DNA from: Candidatus Helarchaeota archaeon
Lineage (GTDB): Archaea; Asgardarchaeota; Lokiarchaeia; Helarchaeales; RDOG01
Assembly: GCA_019058315.1 (NCBI GenBank)
Contig: JAHPZH010000003.1
Location: 300,451 to 364,450 of the forward strand
DNA: 64,000 nt
Direction of reading: 5' to 3'
Of the stretch, positions 17,940-27,548 are shown piece by piece. The position numbers and the translations under genes are program-made. The notes beneath the pieces were generated by a model. The model searched no databases and was not told the origin of the DNA. It saw only the letters and a program-made list of their open reading frames with translations. Numbering within the stretch: the stretch's first letter is position 1; every line of letters starts with the position of its first letter.

Positions 17940-18306
17940 TTCATAATTTTTGTAAAATTAGAAAATAGAGTACTCTTTTAATTAATATTCTCTAAGCCCA
18001 TAAGACTATTTAAGAATTTGTAAATTTATCACAATTATCATATATTAGAGTTGAATGATATATTCAATTTAAAAGCTGATAAAAAATTTAATAGCAATAT
18101 TAAATATAATTGAATAAATCCTTTGTAATCTCGCGTTTAAATCTTTTAGGATATTAAATATTTAATAAATAACTAAGTTATATCAGGTATAAATTCAAAT
18201 TGAAACTTATAACCATTATCAAAAAAGTGATATATTACTATAAAATGAAAAATGGAAAAACATAATAAACTATAACAATTGCAATAGAAGTTGGGAGCAA
18301 ATAAAA

Positions 18307-19269
18307 ATGAGCAGTAAAATTGATGATAAAAGTTATTTGAAATATTTATTTCAATCATATAATCTTAAAGAATTAAAGCAAACTTGTAAGGATCTTGAAA
18401 TAAAAGGCTATTCAAAATATAAAAAAGCAGATTTAATTGAATATGTTATAGATTCAATGTCTAATGAAGAAATAGAACAGTTTTTTAAGACAAAAGAATT
18501 AGAAATTATATCTAAATCGATTGATGATGCGGTTAATATAATAAATGGAACAGGAAGAGAATCAATCGATAGAATTAGGATTAAAAATCCTGATAATCAT
18601 GAAATTGAAATAGATTTTAAAGGATTTAATTGGGAATTATCATCATATTTATCAATAACCAAAGATAATATCCATGATCCCGAAAGAGATTGTGATTGTA
18701 GAATAGGATCTGAAGGAGGTCTATGCATTCATTTTTGGGTGGGATTTATTTTTTCTCTAATACAAGATTATTTTAAACTTGAAAATTGGAAAATGACAAA
18801 AATCCCAAGCGATTTTGAAGAGAAAATAAAAACCATTTCTATATCTAAATTATCAACAGAAAGTGAGGATAAAAAATCGGGTCGTAAAGCTCCTACTTCA
18901 GTAACTATGATTGATGAAAGCTCAGCGATGTCGAAAATTTCCAAATATATTGATTCCAGAATAACAATATATCAAGGAGAAATCAAAGAGATCATCGAAA
19001 GAGAATCCGAATTTGAAGGACATAAATCAAAATATTATTTATTGGATTTAGAAAATGTCAAACTCGGACCTCAATTAAAGAAAAAAAGTGATTATGATGA
19101 AAAGGTAATAGAAGAAATTTCAAAACTAACAATTAGAGTCGGTGAAAAAGGCTATAATAAAGTATCATTGAAAGTAGGAGATAAAATATCTTGTAATGGG
19201 GCATTAAATAAAGATAATTTTTTAGGTATATTATTAAAAAGATCTACTTCAATAAAAAAGGTAAAATGA
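18307..19269 (+). CDS. SWIM zinc-finger protein with N-terminal Rho-N/SAP-like hairpin and possible C-terminal OB fold
   Basis: LKELKQTCKDLEIKGYSKYKKADLI; CDC-x8-CIH. Confidence 0.65.
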   Translation: MSSKIDDKSYLKYLFQSYNLKELKQTCKDLEIKGYSKYKKADLIEYVIDSMSNEEIEQFFKTKELEIISKSIDDAVNIINGTGRESIDRIRIKNPDNHEIEIDFKGFNWELSSYLSITKDNIHDPERDCDCRIGSEGGLCIHFWVGFIFSLIQDYFKLENWKMTKIPSDFEEKIKTISISKLSTESEDKKSGRKAPTSVTMIDESSAMSKISKYIDSRITIYQGEIKEIIERESEFEGHKSKYYLLDLENVKLGPQLKKKSDYDEKVIEEISKLTIRVGEKGYNKVSLKVGDKISCNGALNKDNFLGILLKRSTSIKKVK

Positions 19270-19387
19270 TAATAATTATTTGTTTTCTAATTAACTGTAA
19301 TATTATTGACTTAAAACCAAATGAATAAAAACGGAAAATTATAATAATTTATTATATTACTTTGTTTTTAGTATAATTTAATAAAAT

Positions 19388-20008
19388 TTGAATGAGTGTA
19401 TTGAATTGTCTGAAGAAAAGAAAGAAGAATCAGAGGAATTTGATGATGAATACGATGAAGACGTAGAATATGAGTATGAATACGAATACGAATATGTTAC
19501 TGAAGAAGGCGAAGAAGCAGAAGAGGGAGAAAAAGAGACATACACATATAGAGAGCTTGCCGATGGTTGGTGGAAAGATATCGATTTTATCTTACCCGGA
19601 AGAGAAAAAGAACCAACTGTATTTGAAATATTTCATGATATGATGGTTTCCAATATAGTTGGAAATCCAAAAGCTGTTGAAATTGCAGGCTTTTTTGTTC
19701 CACGTGTAATATTATTAGAAATTGATCATCCGAAACGAGAAACCGAATATGTTCGAATCATGATTTCACCTACAGATATTGCACCTGGAATCCCTGACGC
19801 TGAACCTGATTTAATAATTCATTTTCGTTATTACGATTTTATTAGAACTCTTTTGGGGGAAATAGACATTATGACTCCTTTATGGAGTGGAGGTGGGTGG
19901 ATTTTGGGAAATATGACCGCCGCATTAGATTTAAGAGATATTATGGACGCTGCAAACGAAAGAGAAGTCCAGAAACGCCCAAAGATTTGGCCATTAGGGT
20001 CTCCTTAA
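19388..20008 (+). CDS. SCP2 (sterol carrier)-like protein with acidic N-terminus
   Basis: PDLIIHFRYYDFIRTLLGEIDIMTPLWSGGGWILGNMTAALDL fits the SCP2 C-terminal pattern; E/D/Y-rich N-terminus. Confidence 0.6.
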   Translation: MNECIELSEEKKEESEEFDDEYDEDVEYEYEYEYEYVTEEGEEAEEGEKETYTYRELADGWWKDIDFILPGREKEPTVFEIFHDMMVSNIVGNPKAVEIAGFFVPRVILLEIDHPKRETEYVRIMISPTDIAPGIPDAEPDLIIHFRYYDFIRTLLGEIDIMTPLWSGGGWILGNMTAALDLRDIMDAANEREVQKRPKIWPLGSP

Positions 20009-20110
20009 TTATTTTTTAATATTTCATTTATTTTTCTATTTTAAAATAACTTTTATTATCCTTTTCTTTTTGTCATTTCAAATAATAAATTCTTGAAGGC
20101 TTTCATTTAG

Positions 20111-21211
20111 ATGTCAAAAGAAATTAAGGTATTTGGGGCTTCTCTTGATCCTTCTGATACTCAAACAAAGATTTCAATTAAACAAGCTTATCTAAGTGCC
20201 TTAGCTTCGGGTGACAAAGAAAAGTCTAAATTTCTTGACGCTTATGATGTTTTTATAGCACATTCAAAATACCTTGGACTTCCAAATTTTAAAAAAATTG
20301 GTAAATTCCCAGTTGAATCTTGGTTGAGACCAAAACCCGATCTTGAAGATTTTCAATTTGTGAATCCTCTAGATTTTAGAATTTTTTTAGACAGCAATGG
20401 ATGTAAGGAATATTCTGATGAAATTGAACAATTTATCGAAGAAAAAGTGTTACCTGATATACCCCTAATGATCGGTGCTGATCATTCTCTTACGGGTGGT
20501 ATTTTAAGTGTATTTTCGGATAGGTTTAGAGCAGAGAATATTACTTTAATAATGCTTGATGGACATTTCGATGCTATACCCCCTAAATTACGACTTGACC
20601 TAGCAAAATATTCTAAAGATCACAAAGAAGAAATCGGAATTCTTTTTCCAGAGTTAGTCGAATCGATTAATGGAAAGCTTGAAATTCCTCGAACATATAA
20701 TTGTGGCACTTTTCTATATTATTTAATTAAAGAAGGGAAGATTAAACCTGAAAATCTGATAGTTTTTGGATGTATGGATTATCCTAGAGATGAGTTTAGA
20801 AGTATAAAAGACCCGAGAGTAAAAAGTTACGTCGATTTTTATCTTTCCTATGAAAAAAAAGGTGTGAAATTTATTCCAAATTCAGGGGATAACGAAAAAA
20901 TGAAAAAGCAGTTTGAAGAAGCTCTTCAATCTATTAACACTCCCTATGTATATGTATCGATCGATGTAGATGTCGGCGCTTTAAATGCCATTCTCGCATC
21001 CCGGTTTTATGATTACACTGGAGTTAATGAAGAATGCTTGTATAATGCTGCTAAATCCTTAAAAAATTTCATTCACACAAAGAAAGTTGAGTTAGTTGGA
21101 CTCGACATTATGGAAGTTGAAACGTATTTCTTAAACCTTAAATTAAAAAAATTCGGAAAAGCTGATAATACTATTGAAATTATGGATAAATTTTTGGAAA
21201 TTCTACTTTGA
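20111..21211 (+). CDS. Arginase/ureohydrolase family protein
   Basis: GADHS, DGHFD, SIDVD and DIME motifs. Confidence 0.85.
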   Translation: MSKEIKVFGASLDPSDTQTKISIKQAYLSALASGDKEKSKFLDAYDVFIAHSKYLGLPNFKKIGKFPVESWLRPKPDLEDFQFVNPLDFRIFLDSNGCKEYSDEIEQFIEEKVLPDIPLMIGADHSLTGGILSVFSDRFRAENITLIMLDGHFDAIPPKLRLDLAKYSKDHKEEIGILFPELVESINGKLEIPRTYNCGTFLYYLIKEGKIKPENLIVFGCMDYPRDEFRSIKDPRVKSYVDFYLSYEKKGVKFIPNSGDNEKMKKQFEEALQSINTPYVYVSIDVDVGALNAILASRFYDYTGVNEECLYNAAKSLKNFIHTKKVELVGLDIMEVETYFLNLKLKKFGKADNTIEIMDKFLEILL

Positions 21212-21351
21212 TAAAGAATGTCTTTAGAAATCGCTTTGATTCCATTTTTAGTTATTTTTTTGAGTTATAATTTAATTCGAATATTAGTTAGTTATTTTAT
21301 TTTTTATATAAGAATAAATTAATGATTTTATAATGATTTAATGATGATAAT

Positions 21352-21624
21352 ATGATCTATTCCAGGAATGAACTTGATTCAATTAGGAAAAAAAAATTGA
21401 AAATTGAAATTCTCTCGGCAAAAAGACTATTAAAAAATACAGAGCTGCTAAAGATTGCAGATCAATTCATTCATAATAGTTTTAAGATAATGGAAAATGG
21501 ATTTATTAAAAGAAACCCAACTTTGAATCAAGATGAAATTAAAAAAAAGATAAGGGAGAGCTTGTTGTTTTCACAAAAAATTGAGAAATTAAGAAAAAGG
21601 GGAAGAATTCTTTGGCAGAGTTAG
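21352..21624 (+). CDS. Small basic protein, putative partner/antitoxin of the adjacent nucleotidyltransferase
   Basis: 90 aa; overlaps the next gene by 13 bp. Confidence 0.55.
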   Translation: MIYSRNELDSIRKKKLKIEILSAKRLLKNTELLKIADQFIHNSFKIMENGFIKRNPTLNQDEIKKKIRESLLFSQKIEKLRKRGRILWQS

Positions 21625-22193
21625 AAAATATTTTGGCTCGTTTAGGAAAAATATTTAGCTCGGTAAGAATTAAATACGTCATTGTAGGAGGGATTGCGGT
21701 AATTCATTATGGTCATTTAAGAACTACCCAGGATATAGATGTTATTATTGAAGATGACCAAAAAAATTTTCCAGAATTATTAAAACTTCTAAAAAAACAT
21801 GATTTTGAGATAAATGACGATGATTTTTATCAAAGTTACAAAGAAAAATCACACATCACAGTATTTGATAAAAAGAGTTACTTGAGATTAGACATTAAAG
21901 TTGCGTCTAAAATTCTAGATAAAGAGACACTGAAAAATGCCATAAAAGAAAAAATTTTCAATTATGAATTATTCATAGCGTCTTTAGAATATGTTCTGAT
22001 AGGTAAAATATTATTCATTGGTAAAATTGATGATATTCCAGATTCTGAACTTCTTGAATATCAAGATATATTGGATTTTCTAACCATCTATCATGCAAAT
22101 ACAGATCAAATTAGAGAAAAATTCTTAAAGGAGAAGGTTTTGGAGATTGGATTAGAATCAACATTAGATAGATTGACTTCTTTTAAATTCTAA
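21612..22193 (+). CDS. Pol-beta-superfamily nucleotidyltransferase (AbiEii/DUF6036-like)
   Basis: VGGIAVIHYG..RTTQDID motif; late K...D motif. Confidence 0.78.
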   Translation: MAELENILARLGKIFSSVRIKYVIVGGIAVIHYGHLRTTQDIDVIIEDDQKNFPELLKLLKKHDFEINDDDFYQSYKEKSHITVFDKKSYLRLDIKVASKILDKETLKNAIKEKIFNYELFIASLEYVLIGKILFIGKIDDIPDSELLEYQDILDFLTIYHANTDQIREKFLKEKVLEIGLESTLDRLTSFKF

Positions 22194-22290
22194 AATTTTC
22201 TCTAATTTACAATCGGAGTCTGAAATATAATTTATAAATTAGTAGACTCAGAGGAATATCTTGGGTCCATTGAGTAATACTTGAGTGCAT

Positions 22291-22635
22291 TTATTTCTTT
22301 TTAGTCCATCTATTCATATCCCGATTTTCATACTTTTTCAAAATTAATTCAAAATTTTCTTCTAGATCGATATTATAATAATTTGCCAAGCAAATGATGC
22401 TAAAAATTATATCTCCTAATTCCATACCTATATTTTTTTTATAATTAGTATCAGCACCCTTTTTCTTTGTTTTGTAACCTTCTAGAGCATTAATTTCTCT
22501 TGAAACCTCTCCAATTTCCTCAACAATTGAGGCGAGCATGGATAATGGTGGCCAATAACCTTCTTCGAACATGCTAATAAATTCATGAACACGTTTTTGA
22601 GCTTTTTTAAAAGATAATTCCGACAATCTTTTCAC
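22291..22635 (-). CDS. MazG-like NTP pyrophosphohydrolase (YpjD-like)
   Basis: GYWPPL, EEIGEVSRE, ELGD and KYENRD..RW motifs. Confidence 0.88.
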   Translation of the reverse strand: MKRLSELSFKKAQKRVHEFISMFEEGYWPPLSMLASIVEEIGEVSREINALEGYKTKKKGADTNYKKNIGMELGDIIFSIICLANYYNIDLEENFELILKKYENRDMNRWTKKK

Positions 22636-22804
22636 ATTCCATTTATTTATATTTTATTTCTATAATTTGAATTAAAATTATAATAAGAAATAGTTTAAAT
22701 AAACGTACTATCTCACAAATTAACCAAACTAAAAGCATTATATATTATGTTTCCTTTTACAATCTTAGCCTTAAATAAATTAAAAATTTCCAAAGGTTAA
22801 ACTA

Positions 22805-24166
22805 ATGAAAAGAAAAGCAGAGCGTTTAATTCAAAGTTTACAACAACGAGGAATATTACATGATAAGCGCTTAATAAGAGCATTTTTAAGAGTGCCCCTT
22901 GAGGAATTTATACCAAAAAATTTGACTGATGACCGAAGAATATATGAAGATATTCCCCAATTATTTTATTCAAGACCACCAACTCGTAGAACGATAAGTG
23001 CACCTCATATGATCTGTATTATGTTACAGAATCTTCATTTAGAAGAAAATGATAATTTATTGATTTTAGGTTCAAAAAGTGGATATATATCGGCTATTGC
23101 CAGTCATTTATGTCCAGCTGGAGAAATTATTATTGTAGAATCCATAAAAGAATTAGTTAATATTACTCGAAATAACCTTGATAGAACTGGATTTGGAAAA
23201 AACATTACAATTATTCATGCAAATGTTGTATATGGGTTAAAGGAATCCGGACCATGGCAAAAAATTCTGGTTACTGGACAAGTTGAGAAAGAAGATTTAG
23301 ATTATGTAATTTATCAATTAGATCCTAATGGAGGTATGTTATTCGCTCCTATTGGAAATATGTATAAGCAAGATTTTACTCAAATCATCCGTAATGGTGA
23401 TGATTTCTATTATAAAAAGATGGGAGAGGTAATTTTTGGTCCATTAGATCTCTATGAACCCACAATTCCAGAAGAGGAAACCTCTCGTGAATTGCCTGAG
23501 AGATTTCCTCCAGTTCAATTTAAGCTTGATCTGAATTTCCTTGATAAAAATGTTAAGAAATTCATAGATAGACAAAGAACTCGAGAACGGAGTATAGAGC
23601 AATCTGGTGAAGAGGAAATGATAAATATCGCCATTGAACTAGCTAGGGATAATGCCGGTTTCATTCACATCATATCTATAGCTGATCGTCTTAATAAAGA
23701 TCCTGAAGAAGTGTTAAATATATTGAAGAAATCTAAATTAGGAATCATTGAAGATTTTGGAACCTCCAATTTAGTAACAACATTATTCATTTTGAAAGAA
23801 GAAATTCAAGAAACCATTGCTCAGTCAATAGAAATTATTGACAAAATTATTATAATCGTAAAAAATATGAAAAAAGAACAAAAATTAGAGAAGATTTTAG
23901 ATTATTTAAATGAATTTGATACAGAAATAGAGGATTTATCTGAGAAAGGTCCAGAATCTGTATATAGAATAAAGAGATTGAAAAATTTGGCGAGTTCAAT
24001 TAGAAGTAATTCGATTCTTTTAACACGCCTTGAAGAAAAAATTGTCTCAGACCCAAAATTAATGGAACAATCCAAAATAATTACAAACCAACAAATTTTA
24101 GATATAGAAGAACTTAACGAAAATCTACAAGAACTTTCGAAGAAATTTCGTAGCTGGCAAGTTTGA
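22805..24166 (+). CDS. Protein-L-isoaspartate O-methyltransferase-like domain with long C-terminal extension
   Basis: VP.EEF, TISAPHM, degenerate SAM motif LILGSKSGY, QL..GG...PIG; extra helical/coiled-coil region of about 235 aa. Confidence 0.75.
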   Translation: MKRKAERLIQSLQQRGILHDKRLIRAFLRVPLEEFIPKNLTDDRRIYEDIPQLFYSRPPTRRTISAPHMICIMLQNLHLEENDNLLILGSKSGYISAIASHLCPAGEIIIVESIKELVNITRNNLDRTGFGKNITIIHANVVYGLKESGPWQKILVTGQVEKEDLDYVIYQLDPNGGMLFAPIGNMYKQDFTQIIRNGDDFYYKKMGEVIFGPLDLYEPTIPEEETSRELPERFPPVQFKLDLNFLDKNVKKFIDRQRTRERSIEQSGEEEMINIAIELARDNAGFIHIISIADRLNKDPEEVLNILKKSKLGIIEDFGTSNLVTTLFILKEEIQETIAQSIEIIDKIIIIVKNMKKEQKLEKILDYLNEFDTEIEDLSEKGPESVYRIKRLKNLASSIRSNSILLTRLEEKIVSDPKLMEQSKIITNQQILDIEELNENLQELSKKFRSWQV

Positions 24167-24227
24167 AATTTTATATATTTTTTATATTAAATTTTTTAAT
24201 TTATCGATAAATTTTTTTGATGTGAAA

Positions 24228-26276
24228 TTATTTTCTAATCTTATATTCATTAACAAAGGTCTTTATTTTTTCTATTTCGTTAGTATTTAATCCATAAATT
24301 TGATATATTCTGGTGTTTAATTCTTCCATCAAAGAATCTATTTGCGATTTTATTTCATCTTGCTTAATCTCAGTAATTTCAAATTTATCTTTATTTAATT
24401 TGATAATTTTAGAGACAATATTAGAAATAAAATCGATATCTATTTCAGAAGCAGGAAATATAGGTAAATTTAAAATATGCGAGCTATTAATTGAGAAATA
24501 TCCTCCTCTAACTTTTATTGATGGGTTTTTATGAAAGAAGTAAGCATTTATTAAATCCGAATTAATTACGCCCACTAAAAATTTTGGATCATATCGATTT
24601 TGAATAATGGAATAAACACCAACAAAAACATAACCTTCTTCATCAATAGCTGCTGTCAGTCTAGTATCATTCCCACGAATTAGAATTTTAGGAGTAATTT
24701 GAAAATTTTTCCATTTTTGAACAGGCATTGCCTTCTGATGATATTTAAAATAGGGAGTTTCATAAGAATTTCTAAAAGAATTGATGGATATTCCCCAATT
24801 AATGCAAAAAGGTGAAATATTTCTACATACAATATACTTTAAATATTTATTATGTTTGGGAAGTTTATCTGTTACGTAATTCTTCCAACTATGATAATAT
24901 TTCGCCCTAGGAGTGCCACAAAAGATATTATTTTTTTTAACAAAATCTCGAATTTTAGGTAATTTTTCAAGTTTTGTTTCCACAATATCATAAATTTCAT
25001 CTACATTAATATAAATTCGCGATTTAGGCGAGTTTGCAAAGTTTAACTGATTTATTTTTTTATGAAATATATTAGACGATTTTTTAATGTGTTTGAAATT
25101 ATTATTAAGTCTTCCACGAATTTGATATACGTCAATTTCATTATTATAGAACCGAACAATCTTCTTTGAAGTAATAAGTGGTTCTTCAACTTTTTTTAAT
25201 GTGAAAATTATAGGATAGGTACTTGCTTTAAATACCTCACATCTTGAAATATCAAGTAATTCGATTAGGTGTGTGTTATTTAATAATAAATATCGTAAAT
25301 ATTCAGCATATTCCCTAACTAAAAATTTATCAGGAACTATAAATGACAACAGACCGTATTTTTTAAGTAACTTCAGAGCCAATTCAATAAAGCAAATATA
25401 AATATCAAAATCCATTTTTGGCGATATATATGTGGATTTTAAATAATTTTTTAATGCAGGATCTTGCTTATGAACACGAATATAAGGTGGATTTCCAACA
25501 ATCGCATCGAATCCTTCATTATATAGAAAAACTTCCGGAAATTCTAGAACCCAATTAAAAATTTTATATTTCCAATCTTTTACATTAAAAAATTTGCTTA
25601 AACTCGAACTATAACGTTTATTCAATGGATCTTGAACATTTTTAATTTCTTTTTTTAATTTCTGATTGTCTTTGAAGGATTTATCCAGGCTTTTCAATCT
25701 AGTCCGTTTATTTAGAATTTCTTTTAGGTTTTTATCTTCGGTCATATTTATTTTGAAATTATTGGGAAATACAAGAGAATTTCCTATTTTAATGTTTAAA
25801 TTCATTAGAACTAAAACATTAATATTAATTTCTTTATTTAATTCTGTCTTTAACTTTAAACAAGCTTCTTTAATGGCCTTTTCATCCTTATCGACGCCAT
25901 ATATATTGTTATATATTGCATATAATCCAGGATATTGAATTTTTTCTGAATTATCTCTCATATATTTTTGAGGACTCTGTTCAATTAAAAATTCTAATTT
26001 TTCATTATAAGAAAGATAAAAATCACGCATAATTTTAAATATCTCTAGTAAAAATATTCCGTTTCCGCAAGCCGGGTCAAGAAATTTTAATTTTTTGGCT
26101 TTTAGAAGAATTAAATTTAATTCTTTTGGATTTTTACTTGAACTTAGTTCTTCGTGTAATTTGTTTATTAAGGATCCAACAGTATTTTTTACAATATATT
26201 TTGCAATATAAGTCGGTGTATAATAAATTCCATGAAATTTACGAACGAGGGTATGATCCTCATTTAATTCTTTCAA
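24228..26276 (-). CDS. N6-adenine DNA methyltransferase (Eco57I/TaqI-like) with target recognition domain
   Basis: GIYYTP, DPACGNGIF, IYGVD, FDAIVGNPPY, GVINS and LPI motifs. Confidence 0.88.
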   Translation of the reverse strand: MKELNEDHTLVRKFHGIYYTPTYIAKYIVKNTVGSLINKLHEELSSSKNPKELNLILLKAKKLKFLDPACGNGIFLLEIFKIMRDFYLSYNEKLEFLIEQSPQKYMRDNSEKIQYPGLYAIYNNIYGVDKDEKAIKEACLKLKTELNKEININVLVLMNLNIKIGNSLVFPNNFKINMTEDKNLKEILNKRTRLKSLDKSFKDNQKLKKEIKNVQDPLNKRYSSSLSKFFNVKDWKYKIFNWVLEFPEVFLYNEGFDAIVGNPPYIRVHKQDPALKNYLKSTYISPKMDFDIYICFIELALKLLKKYGLLSFIVPDKFLVREYAEYLRYLLLNNTHLIELLDISRCEVFKASTYPIIFTLKKVEEPLITSKKIVRFYNNEIDVYQIRGRLNNNFKHIKKSSNIFHKKINQLNFANSPKSRIYINVDEIYDIVETKLEKLPKIRDFVKKNNIFCGTPRAKYYHSWKNYVTDKLPKHNKYLKYIVCRNISPFCINWGISINSFRNSYETPYFKYHQKAMPVQKWKNFQITPKILIRGNDTRLTAAIDEEGYVFVGVYSIIQNRYDPKFLVGVINSDLINAYFFHKNPSIKVRGGYFSINSSHILNLPIFPASEIDIDFISNIVSKIIKLNKDKFEITEIKQDEIKSQIDSLMEELNTRIYQIYGLNTNEIEKIKTFVNEYKIRK

Positions 26277-26309
26277 TCTAATTTTTCCATGGTAAAAATT
26301 AAAAATTGA

Positions 26310-27410
26310 TTACATTGGCACATATTTATGAAATAAATCAAGAGCTAATCCTTTGATTTCTTCAACTCCAATAATCCGCATATTTATATCAGGCGATTCT
26401 TGAACATCACTGACGGCTTTTTGTGCTCGATTTATAAAATTTTCAAGGTCTTTATTAGACATATCGTCTAATATATTGTCGAATCTTGCCATTCCAATCG
26501 CGGCTTGGTAAGCTCCTGCACCTTGTTGAATTCCTTGCCAATGAGTAACAAGGACTTCTATCTCTTCAATTTGTTGACTAATTATAAACCAGTCAAAAAG
26601 AATTCTTATACGATCTTTTTTCTTTGCTTCTTTGAAAATTCGAATTATCCTGTCTAATCTATCAGGATGAATTCGTTTCATGACTTCTAAACCTGTAATT
26701 TGTGCTTCGGGATGTACTTTTGCATTTTTTATTATTTTTTCAATTACCCTCATTTTTTCCATTACTTCTTCTCTTCTATGTGCAAGAATTTGATCTGGAC
26801 GTTTATCAGGAGGGGGTTTAACAGGAATCTTTGGTTCTGAAGGAATAGAATCATCATCATCTGGTATCGTGGGAGAAGAAAATGGAACATCATTTGGTTC
26901 TTCTATAGTGGGAGAGGGGTAGGTAGGAGGCTCGCTTGATTCAGGAGCGGGCGGGACTGATATTGGTTTTTGTGTTCTTACTGGAGGTCTTATTCCTAAT
27001 GCCACTTGTAGAGATTTTAGGCTCATTTGGCTTAAATTTACCAATTTATTAATATCTTCAATTCCCATAAGTCTTTCATTAATTTCGTTCTTTAGATCAG
27101 GTCCAACATATTCTTCATGGATATTTACTAAAATTCCTGCAATAATATCTTGCTTTTCATCATAATTGCTTGGAAGAACAGCAACTTCATATATCCGTTG
27201 TTCAATATTTGCAATAATATCTTCAGGATTAGAATTTTCAATTATTTCAGCAATTTCTGAAGCAGATACATTTGAATCTTGGTAAATTAATCCAAATATT
27301 GTGTCTAAATCATCAATTGATAACCTATACAGTAAAGCTTTATCTACTTCTAGTTTATTTTTAATCGCTAAAACGACGTCTTCTTTTGCTCCAAATTCGT
27401 CATCGGACAT
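26310..27410 (-). CDS. Hypothetical protein with central Pro-rich linker
   Basis: 366-aa ORF; Pro/acidic stretch at about aa 141-205. Confidence 0.75.
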   Translation of the reverse strand: MSDDEFGAKEDVVLAIKNKLEVDKALLYRLSIDDLDTIFGLIYQDSNVSASEIAEIIENSNPEDIIANIEQRIYEVAVLPSNYDEKQDIIAGILVNIHEEYVGPDLKNEINERLMGIEDINKLVNLSQMSLKSLQVALGIRPPVRTQKPISVPPAPESSEPPTYPSPTIEEPNDVPFSSPTIPDDDDSIPSEPKIPVKPPPDKRPDQILAHRREEVMEKMRVIEKIIKNAKVHPEAQITGLEVMKRIHPDRLDRIIRIFKEAKKKDRIRILFDWFIISQQIEEIEVLVTHWQGIQQGAGAYQAAIGMARFDNILDDMSNKDLENFINRAQKAVSDVQESPDINMRIIGVEEIKGLALDLFHKYVPM

Positions 27411-27548
27411 TAGATTACCTTATAAGTTATCTGTAAATTAATAGTGCTGATTATATTTAAAAATTAAGATTTCTAAAAATTTAACATTTTGGTTTCATTT
27501 TCCCATTTATTATAACAGAAATCATGATTATTATTTTATTATTAATGT

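Noticed and set aside
22240-22290. Imperfect hairpin between convergent genes, considered as a SECIS or ncRNA
   Set aside because: Weak pairing and no in-frame UGA selenoprotein candidate nearby; at most a terminator.
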